This document shows, piece by piece, positions 1 to 13,323 of a DNA stretch of 64,000 nucleotides. How positions within the stretch are numbered: position 1 is the first letter of the stretch; every line of letters starts with the position of its first letter. The translations under genes were made by a program, and so were the position numbers. The notes under the pieces were generated by a model. The model was not told where the DNA came from. It did no database searches and saw nothing but the letters and a program-made list of their open reading frames with translations. The stretch is taken from NCBI RefSeq assembly GCF_018350175.1, contig NC_058373.1:118360001-118424000 (forward strand), written 5' to 3'. This DNA comes from Felis catus (taxonomy: Eukaryota).

Positions 1-115
1 ACAGCTCAGAGCCTGGAGCCTGCTTCTGATTCTGTGTCTCCCTCTCTCTCTGCCCCTCCCCACTCATGCTCTGTCTCTGTCTCAGAAATAAATAAACATA
101 AAAAATTTTTTTTAA
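1..115 (+). mobile_element. CAN-SINE (felid type), 3' part cut by window edge
   Basis: gagcctggagcctgcttctgattctgtgtctccc, CT-rich tract, aataaa and A-tail. Confidence 0.9.
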
Positions 116-269
116 TGTGAAAATCCAGCTGTCCCAATGGATGCATGGATGACAATTCTTTCCCCCTGGAGTGGACTCTGCACCCTTGTCAAAAATCAAT
201 TGGACAAAAATATATCAGACTATATTTAATCTATCTTATTTGCTTCTTCAATCTGAGGATTCAAATACT

Positions 270-780
270 GCCTTAAATGAATTCATCTTCCTCTCTCCTC
301 CTGTAGCTCCCATTAGGCCTGGAAGTTCTACTGGCCTTTTTAATTTGTTCATCCATGTTTCCTCATCTCTTTTTTCATATTTTCTCTTTATCATCTTGTG
401 CTGCATTCTGGGTAACTTTATTAAATCTACCTTCCAGTTTACCAATTCTCTTTTCAGCTAGGTCTAATGCACTATTGAATCTATCCACCAAATACAATCT
501 CAGTAACAGTATTTTTCATTTTAAGAAGCTCAGATTTGATTCTTTGTCAGATTTAATTCCTTTTTTTTCATGTCTTATTTTTTTCTTATGGTTTGAATTT
601 TTGTATGTCTCTAATGATTTTATATATACATATTTTATAGTGTCCTCTATAGTCTATCAATTCAAGTTCTTACAGAGCTAATCTTGTCCTTTATTATATA
701 ATCCTTATTATATCTGCTGATCATTTCCATATATGATTTATAACTTACGTTTTAAACTGTAAGTTCATCCTCACTGAAGC
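270..780 (-). mobile_element. Old L1M relic (ORF1/5' region), highly diverged
   Basis: T-rich plus strand with L1M-like phrases (tcttccagtttaccaattctcttttcagct, ctatccac...atttttcatttt). Boundaries approximate. Confidence 0.5.
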
Positions 781-1141
781 TCAATTTCACTGAGGGAAAT
801 TCATGCATTCTGGAATATGGAGTGGTTTTATATTTGCTTCTAAAAGATACCCCAGGTGTATCAGTAGCCTAAGACCTATTGTAATTAATTTGAGGATTCT
901 TACACCATGCAGGTTTTAGCATCTGAAGTCCAAATCCACAGTTTCAATTTTTCCTTAGAGACTCCTTTTTTTCACCCAGGATCTGAGCAGACGCAAGATT
1001 CTGCTTTTTAATTTTTTTGTTTTGTTTTTTGCTTCTTCTCTTAGTTCTCTATTTCACTGATTATAAAGCCCACTGAAGTTTCTGGTTCTATGCTGGGTTC
1101 TCAGTTCTGATGCTCTGGTTTTTATAAGTCCAGGACTTTTA

Positions 1142-1357
1142 AATTTTTTTTTTTCAACGTTTATTTATTTTTGGGACAGAGAGAGACAGAGCATGAACGG
1201 GGGAGGGGCAGAGAGAGAGGGAGACACAGAATCGGAAATAGGCTCCAGGCTCTGAGCCATCAGCCCAGAGCCTGACGCAGGGCTCGAACTCACGGACCGC
1301 GAGATCGTGACCTGGCTGAAGTCGGACGCTTAACCGACTGCGCCACCCAGGCGCCCC
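1142..1357 (-). mobile_element. Young SINEC_Fc-like CAN-SINE
   Basis: Full tRNA-derived head, many retained CpGs, 15-bp TSD agtccaggactttta (1127-1141 / 1358-1372). Confidence 0.96.
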
Positions 1358-1814
1358 AGTCCAGGACTTTTAGAATGAATGTTAAAACCAAAGGCTCTAG
1401 CTCACAAATCTTCTACCTCCTAGGTTGTACCATGCCAGCATAATTACTGCTGTGTTTGCAAATTCCCTCTTAATTTCTAGTAACTGGAGAGATCTGTCTT
1501 TATTGAAAGCTCAGATGTGTTTTAAGAGAAAAAGGTTGTTTATAAATGTATTCAGCATTTCTAGATATTTGTATTGGGAATATTTCTATGGTAGCTTAAC
1601 ACACTTTTTGCAAGAATGAAAACACCTGTCATATTTTTCAACAAAACTGTTTTTGCTATCTATTGGTTTTAGTATATCTTGTAAGCAGCCAAAATACTGG
1701 AGTTTCCTATAATTTTAAGCAGTTTTTTGGTTGATTCTCTTGGTTTTTCAAAGATAACATCTGCAGAAACAAATAAGACACAAAAAGTCTTGATTTCCCA
1801 CTTTTATAACTTTT

Positions 1815-2043
1815 CTTTTTTTTTTTTAATTTTTTTTTTAACGTTTTATTTATTTTTGAGACAGAGAGAGACAGAGCATGAACGGGGCAGGGGCAGAGAG
1901 AAAGGGAGACACAGAATCGGAAACAGGCTCCAGGCTCTGAGCCATCAGCCCAGAGCCCGACGCGGGGCTCGAACTCACGGACCGCGAGATCGTGACCTGA
2001 GCTGAAGTCGGACGCTTAACCGACTGAGCCACCCAGGCGCCCC
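1815..2043 (-). mobile_element. Young SINEC_Fc-like CAN-SINE
   Basis: Near-identical to the copy at 1142-1357, CpG-rich, poly-T tail on plus strand. Confidence 0.95.
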
Positions 2044-2127
2044 TGTAACTTTTATTTTCTTATCCAAAGGTACTTATCACCATTTCTAAATCAGTGTTGA
2101 ATAACAGTCCTATCTAAGAGCAACCCT

Positions 2128-2345
2128 GGGGTGCCTGGTTGGCTCAGTTGGTTAAGCTTCTGACTCTTGATTTCAGCTCAGGTCATGATCTCATGGTTGT
2201 GAGATTGAGCCCTACATCAGGCTCCACGCTAGACATGGAGCCTGCTTAAGATTCTTTCTCTCCCTCTGCCCCTCCCCTACTCACTCTCTCTAAAAAGAAA
2301 AAAAGAAAAGAAAAAGAAAAAAAGAAGAAAAGAAAAGAAAAAAAA
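2128..2345 (+). mobile_element. CAN-SINE
   Basis: ggggtgcctggttggctcag head, (AAAAG)-type tail, TSD aagagcaacc. Confidence 0.92.
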
Positions 2346-3057
2346 GAGCAACCTCATCATCCTCCCAAATTCAATGGAAATATTTCACCATGTATGACCC
2401 TGGGACAGTTTTTTACTCATTTAAAGAATGTATTATTCTATTCCTATTTTGCTAAGAAGATTTATTGGGATTGAATAATATTTTAAACTGTAAAAAAAAA
2501 TTGAGATGTAATCCACATCACATAACCATTTCAAAGTGAATAATTCAGTGGCACTTAGTACATTCAGTGTTGTGCAATCACCGCCTTTATTTAATTCTAA
2601 AAGAAAAACCAAAAGAAAAACCTGTACACATTAAGCATCTACTACCTGTAGCAGCACTTTCCCGAAGCCCCTTAGCAACCAATAACCTGCATTCTGTCTG
2701 TATGGATTTACCTAATCTGGATATTTCATATAAACGAAATCATACAATATGTGATCTTTTGTGTCTGGAGTATTTCACTTAGCAAGTTATTTTTGAGGTT
2801 CACACATTGTAGTATATAGGAGAACTTCATTACTTTTTATAGCTGATACATACAATATTCCACTGTATGTATGTACCATAGTTTGTATATCCATTCTTCC
2901 ACTGAGGGATATGTGGGCTGTTTCTACCTTTTGACTTTATGAATAGTGGTGGTATAAACAAGAATGAATGTACACGTATTTATTTGAGTTTTCACTTCTT
3001 TGAGGGTATATACCTAGCAGCAGAATTGCTGAGTCCTATGATAACTCTATGTTTAGC

Positions 3058-3282
3058 TTTTTTTTTTTAATTTTTTTTTCAATGTTTATTTATTTTTGGG
3101 ACAGAGAGAGACAGAGCATGAACGGGGGAGGGGCAGAAAGAGAGGGAGACACAGAATCGGAAATAGGCTCCAGGCTCTGAGCCATCAACCCAGAGCCTGA
3201 CACGGGGCTCGAACTCACCGACCGCGAGATCGTGACCTGGCTGAAGCCGGACGCTTAACCGACTGCACCACCCAGGCACCCC
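3058..3282 (-). mobile_element. SINEC_Fc-like CAN-SINE nested in L1M
   Basis: Full SINE, TSD ctatgtttagctttt. Confidence 0.94.
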
Positions 3283-3859
3283 TATGTTTAGCTTTTTGAG
3301 GAACCACCAAACTGCCATCCACAGAAATTGAACCATTTTACTTTCCCACTAGTAACGTATAAGGATTCTGGTTTCCCCACATCCTTACCAAAACTTATTT
3401 CCCTTTTTTTTTTTTTAAAGGAGAACCATCCAAGTGGGTGTGATGTGGCATTTCATTGTGGTTTTGATATGTATTTCCCTAATACCTAATGATGTTGAGT
3501 ATCTTTTCATGTACTTGTTGGCCATCCGTACATCTTCTTAGGAGAAATTTCTATTCCAGTCCTTTGCCTATTTTTAAATCATGTTCTTTTATATATTCTA
3601 AATACTAGACTCTTATCAAACATGTGATTCCCAAATATTTTCTCCCATTCTGCAGTTTTTTAATCTTCTTGATAACTTCCTTAGTGCACAAAAATTTTAC
3701 ATTTTAATTAAGTCCAGTTTATCTATTTTTTCTTTTGTTGCTCATGGTTTTGATGTCTTTTCTAAGAATCTATTGCCAGATCCAAGGTCATGATAATTTA
3801 CCACTAAGTTTTCTTCTACGAATTTTATGGTTTATAAGACTTAATAGTCTTATATTCCT

Positions 3860-3903
3860 TAAAAATTTTTTTTAATGTTTATTTATTTTTGAGGGGGGGG
3901 GGC

Positions 3904-3944
<41 letters not shown>

Positions 3945-4112
3945 CACCAAGTGGGGGAGAGACAAAGAGAGAGGGAGACAGAGAATCCGAATCAGGCTCC
4001 AGGCTCTGAGCTATCAGCACAGAGCCTGATGCAGGACTACAACTCAGGAACAGTGAGATCATTACCTGAGCTGAAGTTGGACGCTTAACCAACTGAGCTG
4101 CCCAGGTGCCCC
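3860..4112 (-). mobile_element. CAN-SINE with (GA)n/(GACA)n tract, nested in L1M
   Basis: SINE head ends ccaggtgcccc; TSD-like tcttatattc on both sides. Confidence 0.92.
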
Positions 4113-4439
4113 TATTCTTATATTCTTATATTAACTTTTAAGTTAATTTTCTGTACATAGTGTAAGGTAGAGGTCTGGCTTCATTTTTTTTCAATGTGGA
4201 AATCAAGTTGTTCCATCACCATTTGTTGAAGAGACCATTCTTTCCCCATTGAATGGTCTTGGTACCCTTCTCAAAAATCAATTGGCCACAGATGTATAGG
4301 TTTATTTCTGTACTCTCAATTCTATTACATTGTTTTATACATCTATCCTTATGTCAGTATGACATTGTTTTGATTACTATAGATTTGTACTAAGTTCTGA
4401 AATCCACAAGTGTGTATCATTCAACTTTGCTTCCATTCA

Positions 4440-5225
4440 ATGATAAAGTCCTTTTCTTAGGTTCATCAATGTGATGAACTATATCAAATTTCCTAATACT
4501 GAATTATTTGTGGATTCTTAAGTTAAACCCTACTTTGGTCTTTATTATACTTTTAGATCCTACTTGTTCTATTTTTCTGCCTACTTTTTCATCTATATTT
4601 ATAAGTGGAACTGGTCTATGGTTTTCTTTTTCTTTTATGCTATCTTTGTTATATCAGGATTCTGTTAATGCCATAAAAAAATCTGGAAACCATTCTTTTC
4701 TCCCCCAACCCCCATATGCTCTGGTATAGTTAAAGAGCATAAGAATTATTCTTTGAGGTTTTGAAAGAATCAACCTGTGTAACCATCTATAATCTTTTTG
4801 GGGAGATAGTTTTGGGTTTTAAAAACACTATTTCCTTCATGGTTACAGGCCTATTCAACTTTTCATTTCCTACTTTAATTAATTTTAGTAATATATATTT
4901 TCCTAGAACATTCTTTTTTTGAAAGAAGAGGAGGGAGGGGCAGAGAGAAAAGAGGAGAGACCTGACGCAGACCCTGTGCTGACAGTAGAGAGCCTGATGT
5001 GGGGCTCCAACCCACAAACTGTGAGATCATGACCTGAGCCGAAGTTGGACACTTAACCGACTGAGACACCCAGCGCCCCCTTCCTAGAACATTCTTAATC
5101 TAAAATTTCAAATTTATCACCATAAACTATATAATGTTCACATAACTTAAATCTGTGATTGGGTCTCCTCACTTTCTTATCTCTAGTATTATATATCTGT
5201 GTTTTCTTTCTTTTTCTTTATTAGG
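4440..5225 (-). mobile_element. Old L1M ORF2 relic containing a CAN-SINE (4915-5080, minus, TSD ttcctagaacattctt)
   Basis: Degenerate ORF2 phrases (EKLNRPVTMKEI in ORF 4787..5017). Nested SINE with clear TSD. Confidence 0.7.
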
Positions 5226-6139
5226 ACTCATTCCTAATACTATATCCAAGTCACTTAATCCCTGTTTCCATTTTCTATTAATAATAAAATGACAAAGTAG
5301 GGTTTTATGGTCGCTGAGTTACCTTTAGGTGCTGAGATATGAATATAGGTTTCCAAGTGTTTCCAGAGGATTTTATTCTATCATTGTGGTGACTTCAACT
5401 GATCTCTTATGGGTATTTATCCCGGTAAAAAAAGGGGGGGGGGGCAGGGAGACTTAATGGAAAGGAGAGAACAAAAATATCTCATATATGGAATGACTCT
5501 TAGCTGCAAAATCTATTTTGGAAATGTGGAGATGGAAATCAGTGTTGTGCTTTACTAGACTATGAGAAAAACATGCCCATTGAAAAAAATATTATTAAAG
5601 AGGTCTCTTTTCTTTTCTGAGACACTATCTCACTGAAGAATTGCAGCTGACTTGTGTTTTAATGGCTAAAATATTTGACACTGGGACTTCTTTTGTCTGT
5701 ATGCCTTTTCCAAACTCCTTCTGAGTAAGGGACTTTTATTCACAAAAATGTACTTTAGAAAAACTAGTATGTGGAATTTCATTCTTGGGTGAATTAGGTC
5801 ATTTTTCCTTTTCTTGAAAAAATTATTCAAATAGATTTCCCCCCTTATTTTTGGTAATGTTAGCTATGAGAAGAAATGCGGAGTTCTGATGTGAAAGACT
5901 ACGTAGTCAACACTTCCCAACATTAGCAAAAAGTAACATAATGATTAATTTACAAGAAAGTGTAAGGCACATTATCAGGTATACATGTCCAGTATTATAT
6001 AGCAAATATAGGATGTAGATGTGTAGAACATGATATCAAAACTTGTTTCAGGCCTTTAATCAAAGGAGAGTAGTTAAGTCAAATTAAAATGGGTTACTTT
6101 TACATATAATTTTGGAGTACAATTACATTTGAACAAGTC

Positions 6140-6360
6140 ATCTGACCTAAATGTATGCATTAAATCTAATCACAGAAGTTTAAAGCTGAAAAGAACTTAA
6201 AGAGATTCAGAAACTTTACCTTTCAAATGTGGCACAGAGTGTCAAAAAAGTTAAGTGATTTACACAAAGTCATATAACTAGTAAATTAACAGAGCCAGGA
6301 GTAAAACTTTGATCTTTTCACTTCTAGATCTTTCTTCTTTCAACTATCTCACTGTCTTCT
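6140..6360 (+). mobile_element. MIR SINE relic
   Basis: Core-like gttaagtgatttacacaaagtcatataactagtaaattaacagagccagga. Confidence 0.6.
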
Positions 6361-6931
6361 GTTTACTATCTCACATTACCTCTGCAACTTTGCTATTCAA
6401 ATAATGGTTTATAGTTTACTGGTCTTACATACATTAACTTAATGCTAGTCTACTTAAAAAAAAAAAGAAAGAAAGAGAGGTTGATCAAATAGGAATAGTC
6501 ATCCATTTTGGCAATGTTGTTTATGGCTGAAGTGGGTGGGGGGCATTCTTCCTCAGAGCTCAATATTTCCTTCATAAATGAAATTACCCTGACTTTCCTA
6601 GTAACACTATAGTACTGCTAACCAAAGAGTAGATATGGGGGATTTTGCTTTATAAAAATATTATAGCTGATAAGTAAAGAAAGGATGACAGAATTAAAGT
6701 ATCACCATTTTGCAACTTAATGATTTAATAATCCCAGGCAATGATCATGAATGGCTACTGATATCACAAAAAGATAATCAGCTATTGTGCGTCTCCTGAT
6801 CATAGCCCACAACACCAATGAAGTATTCCTGGAAAAACAAGCAAGCAAGCAAGCAAGCAAGCAAACAAACACAATCTAAGCTAAATCCGATCAAGCCTTT
6901 AAGAACCAACCCACAAAAATTATAGGAAACA

Positions 6932-7149
6932 GGGGCGCCTGGGTGGTTCAGTTGGTTAAGCGTCCGACCAGCTCAGGTCATGATCTCAGGGTTCATGGGT
7001 TAGAGCTCTGCATCTGGCTCTGTGCTGACAGCTCAGAGCTTGGAGCCTGCTTCGAATTCTGCGTCTCCCTCTCTCTCTGGCTTTTTCTGACTCACACTCT
7101 GTGTCTCTCTCACAAAAATAAACAAAACATTAAAAACATTTTTTTTTAA
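6932..7149 (+). mobile_element. CAN-SINE
   Basis: ggggcgcctgggtggttcag head, CT tract, aataaa tail. Confidence 0.92.
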
Positions 7150-7354
7150 TTACATGAAACAGGAACATGTTAAACAGAATGAATTTTTGGCATTTTCAAT
7201 TTGCTGAAGAGTGAAGAATTAGAGTTCCAGACCAACTAGATTAACACCAGTGAACACCAAAGTATCTCAATTCAAATGCCAAAAAGAATTCCCTAAAAGT
7301 AGAAGTAAACCTGAAGTAGACAGAGCCTTCTTAAAACTGTAATCCAGCTTCTCT

Positions 7355-8140
7355 TAATATAAAACCAGACAAGGACATTATGAGAAAGAAAAATTACAAT
7401 CCATTCAGGAGCAAAAGTATAGATGTGAAATTTTTGAACAAAGTATTAGCAAAGAGAATCCAGAAATATACTCAGTAAACTCAACTTGATTGAGTACCTC
7501 TAATGATCAAGTTGAGCTTATTCCAGGAATGTAAGGTTAACTATTCAAAAAATCTACTAAGTATAATTTACTACCCAACAGAATTAAAGATAAAGATTAT
7601 ATAACCTCTATAGGTACAGAATACACTTCTGATAAAACCTAGTTTCCACTCATAATTTAAACTATTTTTTAACCAAGAACAGAAGGGAACTTGTTTAATC
7701 TGATAAACTGTGGCAAGATTGGGAATGAGGTAAGAATTCTTGTTATTACCAATTCTACTCAGAGTTATATATCAATCCCTGACCAATGAAACAAAGGGAC
7801 AAAAAAACTTTTAAGTATATATAAGAAATACAACAATAATTATTCAGAGATAATATAACTGTATTAGTAAAAAACCCAAAGGAATATACAAATAAATTAT
7901 TAGAATTAATAAATGAGTTTAGAAGGATTGTAGATATAATTTCAACATACAAAAGCCAATTGTATCATTTCACAGTATATACAAATATTGAATCATTATG
8001 TTGTACATCTGAAACTAATATAATGTTATATGTCCATTATATTTCAATTTTTTAAAAAGTCAATTGTATTTCTAGAACAGCAATAAGCAGAAAATGAAAT
8101 TTTGAAAAAGACACCAATCACAGAATCAAAACTAAATGCC
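7355..8140 (+). mobile_element. Old L1M ORF2 relic
   Basis: aaaaccagacaaggacatt...aaagtattagcaaagagaatccag and ttattagaattaataaatgagtttag are degenerate ORF2 motifs. Confidence 0.7.
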
Positions 8141-8149
8141 TGATGTTAT

Positions 8150-9850
8150 CCTTCATTCATGAATCTATTCTTCTAACAACGTCTTTCCTAAAATAATATG
8201 GCAACTCTACCCTTCCAATTGCTCAGATCAAAAACCTTGGCACTAGGGATGCCTGGGTGGCTCAGTCAGTTAAGCATTGGATTTCTGATTTCAGGTCAGG
8301 TCATGGTCCCACGGTTTGTGAGTTCAAGCCCTGAGTTAGGCTCCTTGCTAACAGTGGGAGCTCACTTGGGATTCTCTCTCTGCCCCTCCTGTGTGAATGC
8401 TCTCTCTCTCAAAATAAACAAACAAACTTAAAAAAGAAAAAACACCTTGACACTGTCTTTGATTTCTCTTTCTCTTTGTCAACACTTCACAAATTTAATA
8501 AATCAACAAATACCACCAGCCCTATCTACAAAATACATGCAGAATCTAATCCCTTCTCACCACTTTCAGTACTATCACCATGATGTAAGCCATCATCATC
8601 TTTCAGGTCTGGATTTTCATAACAGCCACTTAACTGGTCTCTCTGCTTTCACCCTTGCTCTTCTCTACAGTAGATTCTTAGCACAAGAGTCAGAGTAATC
8701 CTTTTACAATCTAAGTTATATAATGTCACTCCTCTGCTCAAATTTCTCCAGTGGCTTCTCATTTCACTCTAAATAAAAGCCAAAGTCCTTAAAATGGTCT
8801 TATAAGACTCTATACCACTGGTTTTTTCAAAGGGGTGTGTTCAGGAAATATATGGAGGCATTTTTGGTAACAGTGACTTGGAAAATTACTCATAGGTATT
8901 GTGCACAGATGATACCCTGCTTCCTGTATGACATCTGACTGTGCTACTGGGCATTAGTATCCATTTTAAGTGCATGGATAAAAAACTTACTTGTAATTAT
9001 TTAAACTCTAACTCCATTTTACATATATACACAATATTTTTTGCATAATTGCAATTGCTATGTCAATCAAGGAAAGAATTTTACTTTGATAAGAATTTTA
9101 CCAAAAGCTGTTCACCATTTCAGAAAATAACATCACCACTTACAATCCACTTGTGGTATATGAGTTATCAATATATCGTATCAGTCTACATTTGCAGCTC
9201 TCATCCACAGTGATTCTAAGGTAAAGGTTTACTACTTTAGGTCTTCTAGGGTAATTATGTCCAAGCACTCACACACTGGTTTAATTTTATTAACGTTTTT
9301 TTTGTTTCTTCTTTATATATTTAATTATGTAAGCATAAGTGGGTTATACTATGTATATATTTCATTTAGGATAGTATAAGAAGTATTATAAGATATTTGT
9401 AGTAAAAATATAGATGATAGATCTGACCAGTGTGAAAAGTATTAAACTACATGCATGATCAGGCACTCTGCTACTTAGCTGATCTTACCTCTACTTGTAC
9501 TACCTGCTCTAAATACACTGGCTTCCTTGCTGTGTCTCCAACATACCATTCTCCTGCCCTAGACCCTTTGCACTTGCTGCCCTTTCTGTCTACAATCTGC
9601 CTCTTACTTTCTTTGAGTCTTCACTGAAAAGTCACTTTTGCAGTGAAGGCTCCCCCAACCATCTTATTTTAAATTTCACTATCCTTATCACCATGCACTT
9701 CCTTCAAACCTAGAACCCTTTTGATATACCAGGTACTTCATACATTTTTATTTTTTCATTGTGCAGGAATTTTGTCTGTTTTGTTTGCTATACTACCCAT
9801 GCCTAGAAAACTGTCTGGCAAACAGCAGGCATTCAGTAAATTGAATAACT
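8150..9850 (+). mobile_element. L2 relic interrupted by a CAN-SINE (8246-8442, +) and a hAT-Charlie-like element (about 8817-9445)
   Basis: L2 phrases (gtcactcctctgctcaaa, gcacttgctgcc, 3' end tgaattaatgaa). The middle insert begins cactggttttttcaa and resembles MER20B. Confidence 0.6.
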
Positions 9851-9980
9851 TTTAAATGAATTAATGAATTACTAGACTCATAGAGAAGAAAATGTAACAC
9901 ATTACTTAGCTCTACATTAAACAATTAAGAATCATTATACTGAAACCTCTTACACTAAACTTGACAAAGAAAGGGGGACA

Positions 9981-10218
9981 GGGGCACCTGGGTGGCTCAG
10001 TCGGTTAAGCATCGGACTTTGGCTCAGGTCATGATCTCATGGTTCTTGAGTTTGAGCCCCCCAACAGGTGAGCAAGAGCCCCACTTTGGGTGAGCATGAG
10101 CCCTGCGTCAAGTGAGCATTAGCCCTGCTTCTCTCTCTCTCTCTCTCATTCCCTTACTAAAAAAAAAAAAAAAAGAAAAGAAAAAAAAGGAAAGAAGAAG
10201 GAAAGAAAAGAAAAAAAG
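9981..10218 (+). mobile_element. CAN-SINE with internal about-21-bp triplet repeat
   Basis: Normal head, then gtgagca(a/t)(g/t)agccc three times, then CT tract and A-rich tail. Confidence 0.88.
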
Positions 10219-10797
10219 AAGGGACAATTTATGGTTGTAGGACAAAATGTAAATGTTACTGACCTTATAATACTAAAAAGAAAAGCACAGTTGACATAAG
10301 TTTGAAGGTAAGAGAGTTAGGGGTTTTAGTATTTTTATTTTATATGGTAGAGAATCGAAACATACCATCTAAAATTAAAGAAGAAAAAATTTATGAGTAT
10401 AGGAAACTAATAGAAAAACCAAAAATAGTAATTCCAAAAGTCTGGGTGGAGAAGAGACAAAGAGAAGATGGAAGGACAGGATATGTGGGTTAAATGATCC
10501 TTTGTCACCTTTACAGTGGAGAACCAATGATAAAACTGGTAAGTTAAGAACAGACACTAAAATGATATCTAAAGAAGGTAAAATATTACCAATTATAGAA
10601 GCAGAAATAAAAATGGTTAAATGTCCCTGGGAAGTGGGATTAGTGGTAGAGAAGGTGTTGTTTTCTCACCACAAGCATATATTACTTCAAGGAAAAATTT
10701 TAAGTTTAAATTAAATTCAATACCATTTTAATAAAATTTTAATTCACATATCATGGTTATAAAATCATAATGTAGTTCTTAAGAACACAATCCTCTA

Positions 10798-11005
10798 GGG
10801 GCGCCTGGGTGGTTCAGTCAGTTAAGAGTCCAACTTCAGCTCAGGTCATAATCTCGTGGTTTGTGAGTTTGAGCCCCATGTCGGGCTCTGTGCTGACAGC
10901 TCAGAGCCTGGAGCCTGCTTCGGACTCGCTCTCTCTCCCCTGCTCATACTCTCTCTCTCTCAAAAATAAATAAACTTTTAAAAAATTTAAAAAAAAAGAA
11001 AGAAA
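10798..11005 (+). mobile_element. CAN-SINE
   Basis: TSD aagaacacaatcctcta on both sides. Confidence 0.94.
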
Positions 11006-11304
11006 AAGAACACAATCCTCTAAATCTAGACCACAGGAATTCAGTGTTGGCTTCAAATAATCAGATATCACCAACTATTCACTAGCACTATCATGTAACA
11101 GAAATCTCACTGCATCATATTATGTCATAAACAAAATCATCAGCTCTTAAGAGATTCTGAATAGAGCTAACACTTCCTTTCAAAATGCACAGCAAATCAT
11201 GAGTAACTGAAATGCTTGGGATTCATAAACAAATAACATTTCACAGTTTATGTTAAAAAGTTATCTGAAACAAGAAACATTTTTCCTAAATTTTTAATGT
11301 TTCA

Positions 11305-11393
11305 GTAATTTCTACACCCAACCGGGAGCTTGAACCCACGACCCTGAGATAAAGAGTCCCATGCTCCTCTGATTGAGCCAGCGAGGCACACCC
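11305..11393 (-). mobile_element. Short older CAN-SINE variant
   Basis: tRNA-like head only; TSD aaatttttaatgtttca. Confidence 0.8.
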
Positions 11394-11894
11394 AAATTTT
11401 TAATGTTTCAAACAGAAAACCAGATTATGATGTATAGTTGTCACTGTTAGCAAGCTAGAGAACTAAGAAATGAATACAATGTATCTATCTATTAACCAAC
11501 TGGTCACTTCGATTGATTTATTTCATTGGTACCATATATGTGAACCTTACGTTTGGATCACTACCAATCAACTGGAGCATCTTCCAAAAAATTACAGTGT
11601 GAGGCAGCTATGAAATGAAACATTATTGCATATGCAGAAGATTGTCACATTCAGACAATAAAATTATGAGTAGCAATAAAAGTCCCATCCCTTGGGATAA
11701 ATAGAATTTTTAAAGCTGTAAGAGATTGCTGCGACCAATGCATTAAGTCCTCAGGCATCAAACATCTATCAAAAGCTTCTGACTCCTATTCAAGAGAAGA
11801 TATTTAACTTACAGTGTTAAAAATTCAATTAAGGAAAAAACCCAAGAAATGAGAAATGCAGATTTAGAACTCCAGTATTCAGTTGGCATCTAAC

Positions 11895-12140
11895 AAATAA
11901 CAATAACAGCAGCACCAAAATTTATTGTATACTATGTGCCAGCAGTGTTGTGTTTTTCATGTACCGTATTTGCTCATTTATTTCTCAGAACACCTATATT
12001 AGATAAGTACTATTTCTCATTTTACAGCTGAAGAAACAGAGGTGGAGAAGGTTTAAGTAATTTGATTATGGTCACAGTTAATAATAACTGGCATAGCACC
12101 AATACAAACTTGGGTAGTTTGGCTTGAAAGCATATGCTCT
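11895..12140 (+). mobile_element. MIR relic (host of the L1 insertion)
   Basis: atttattgtatactatgtgccag...cattttacagctgaagaaacagagg. Confidence 0.75.
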
Positions 12141-12141
12141 A

Positions 12142-12554
12142 AATGGATAAAGAAATTGTGGTTTATATACACAATGGAGTACTACGTGGCAGTGAGAAAG
12201 AATGAAATATGGCCCTTTGTAGCAACGTGGATGGAACTGGAGAGTGTGATGCTAAGTGAAATAAGCCATACAGAGAAAGACAGATACCATATGTGTTCAC
12301 TCTTAGGTGGATCCTGAGAAACTTAACAGAAACCCATGGGGGAGGGGAAGAAAAAAAAAAAAAGAGGTTAGAGTGGGAGAGAGCCAAAGCATAAGAGACT
12401 CTTAAAAACTGAGAACAAACTGAGGGTAGATGGGGGGTGGGAGGGAGGGGAGGGGAGGCGATGGGTATTGAAGAGGGCACCTTTTGGGATGAGCACTGGG
12501 TGTTGTATGGAAACCAATTTGACAATAAACTTCATGTATTGAAAAAAAAAAAAA
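12142..12554 (+). mobile_element. Young 5'-truncated L1 (L1_Fc-like 3' end)
   Basis: ORF2 C-terminus plus 3'UTR, aataaa, poly(A), perfect 16-bp TSD gaaagcatatgctcta (12126-12141 / 12555-12570). Confidence 0.95.
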
Positions 12555-13114
12555 GAAAGCATATGCTCTAGATGCCTCTCTAAAATTTATTACAGAGCCA
12601 ATGAAGGACAGAAAGCAGGCAAATGACATAGTCATATCTGCAATTTAAGAAGATCACTATTACAGCCTTAAGATAATAGTTTGAAAGGGATTAGCCACAA
12701 GAAAAACAGTCAAGAGAACTATAATGGTCTAGGGAGAAAAAAAAGCTGAGGACTCGATTAAACAGTAGCAGTAGGAGAAAGAACAAAAAGGCAGAGGATA
12801 GATATTTAAGAAGTATAGATATGATATAATGACAGTGACTGACATTGTTAGTTGCCTACATGTCAGCCAGTCTTTCAACGGATTTCCCCTGCCAAAAGAG
12901 CCTAACTCCTTGGTACAGGCTGAAAATAGCAAATAATTGCTTTCTTGGCTTTCCTTGCAACTATAGCATGGAAGTTTAATTCAATCCTAGCCAAAGGAAA
13001 AGCAGTAGGAAGTCTCTGTGTGTATGTTTGTAAGGGGCTGTCCCATTCTGATATAAAAGACATTTACTCCCTAGTCTTTATCTTTAGATAATGATGAGTG
13101 AGGGTATAAATTAT

Positions 13115-13323
13115 TCTTTTTTTTTTTTTAAGTTTATTTATTTTGAGAGAGTGTGAGAGAGAGCAGGGAAGGGGCAGAGAGAGGGAGAGACAGAATCCCA
13201 AGCAGGCTCCACGCTGTCAGCACAGAGCCTGATGGCAGGACTCAAACCCACGAACTGTGAGATCATGACCTGAGCCAAAACCAAGAGTTGGATGCTCAAC
13301 TAGACTTGGCCAGCCAGGTGCCC
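13115..13323 (-). mobile_element. CAN-SINE
   Basis: SINE body and head, poly-T on plus strand. Confidence 0.9.

Larger units (their letters stand above)
2490..4435 (-). mobile_element. L1M (L1MB-like) 3' end, interrupted by two SINEs
   Basis: Typical antisense L1 3'UTR/ORF2-end text (ctggatatttcatataaa, gaggaaccaccaaactg, catttgttgaagagacc). Confidence 0.8.

Noticed and set aside
248..445. ORF containing MNKLKR, resembling the NUMB start MNKLRQ
   Set aside because: Similarity is limited to four residues, and the ORF lies in a degenerate L1-like relic.
1727..2032. Recurring short ORFs (MAQSVKRPTSAQV..., RETEHERGRGRE...) as a peptide family
   Set aside because: These are translations of CAN-SINE consensus sequence, repeated throughout the window.
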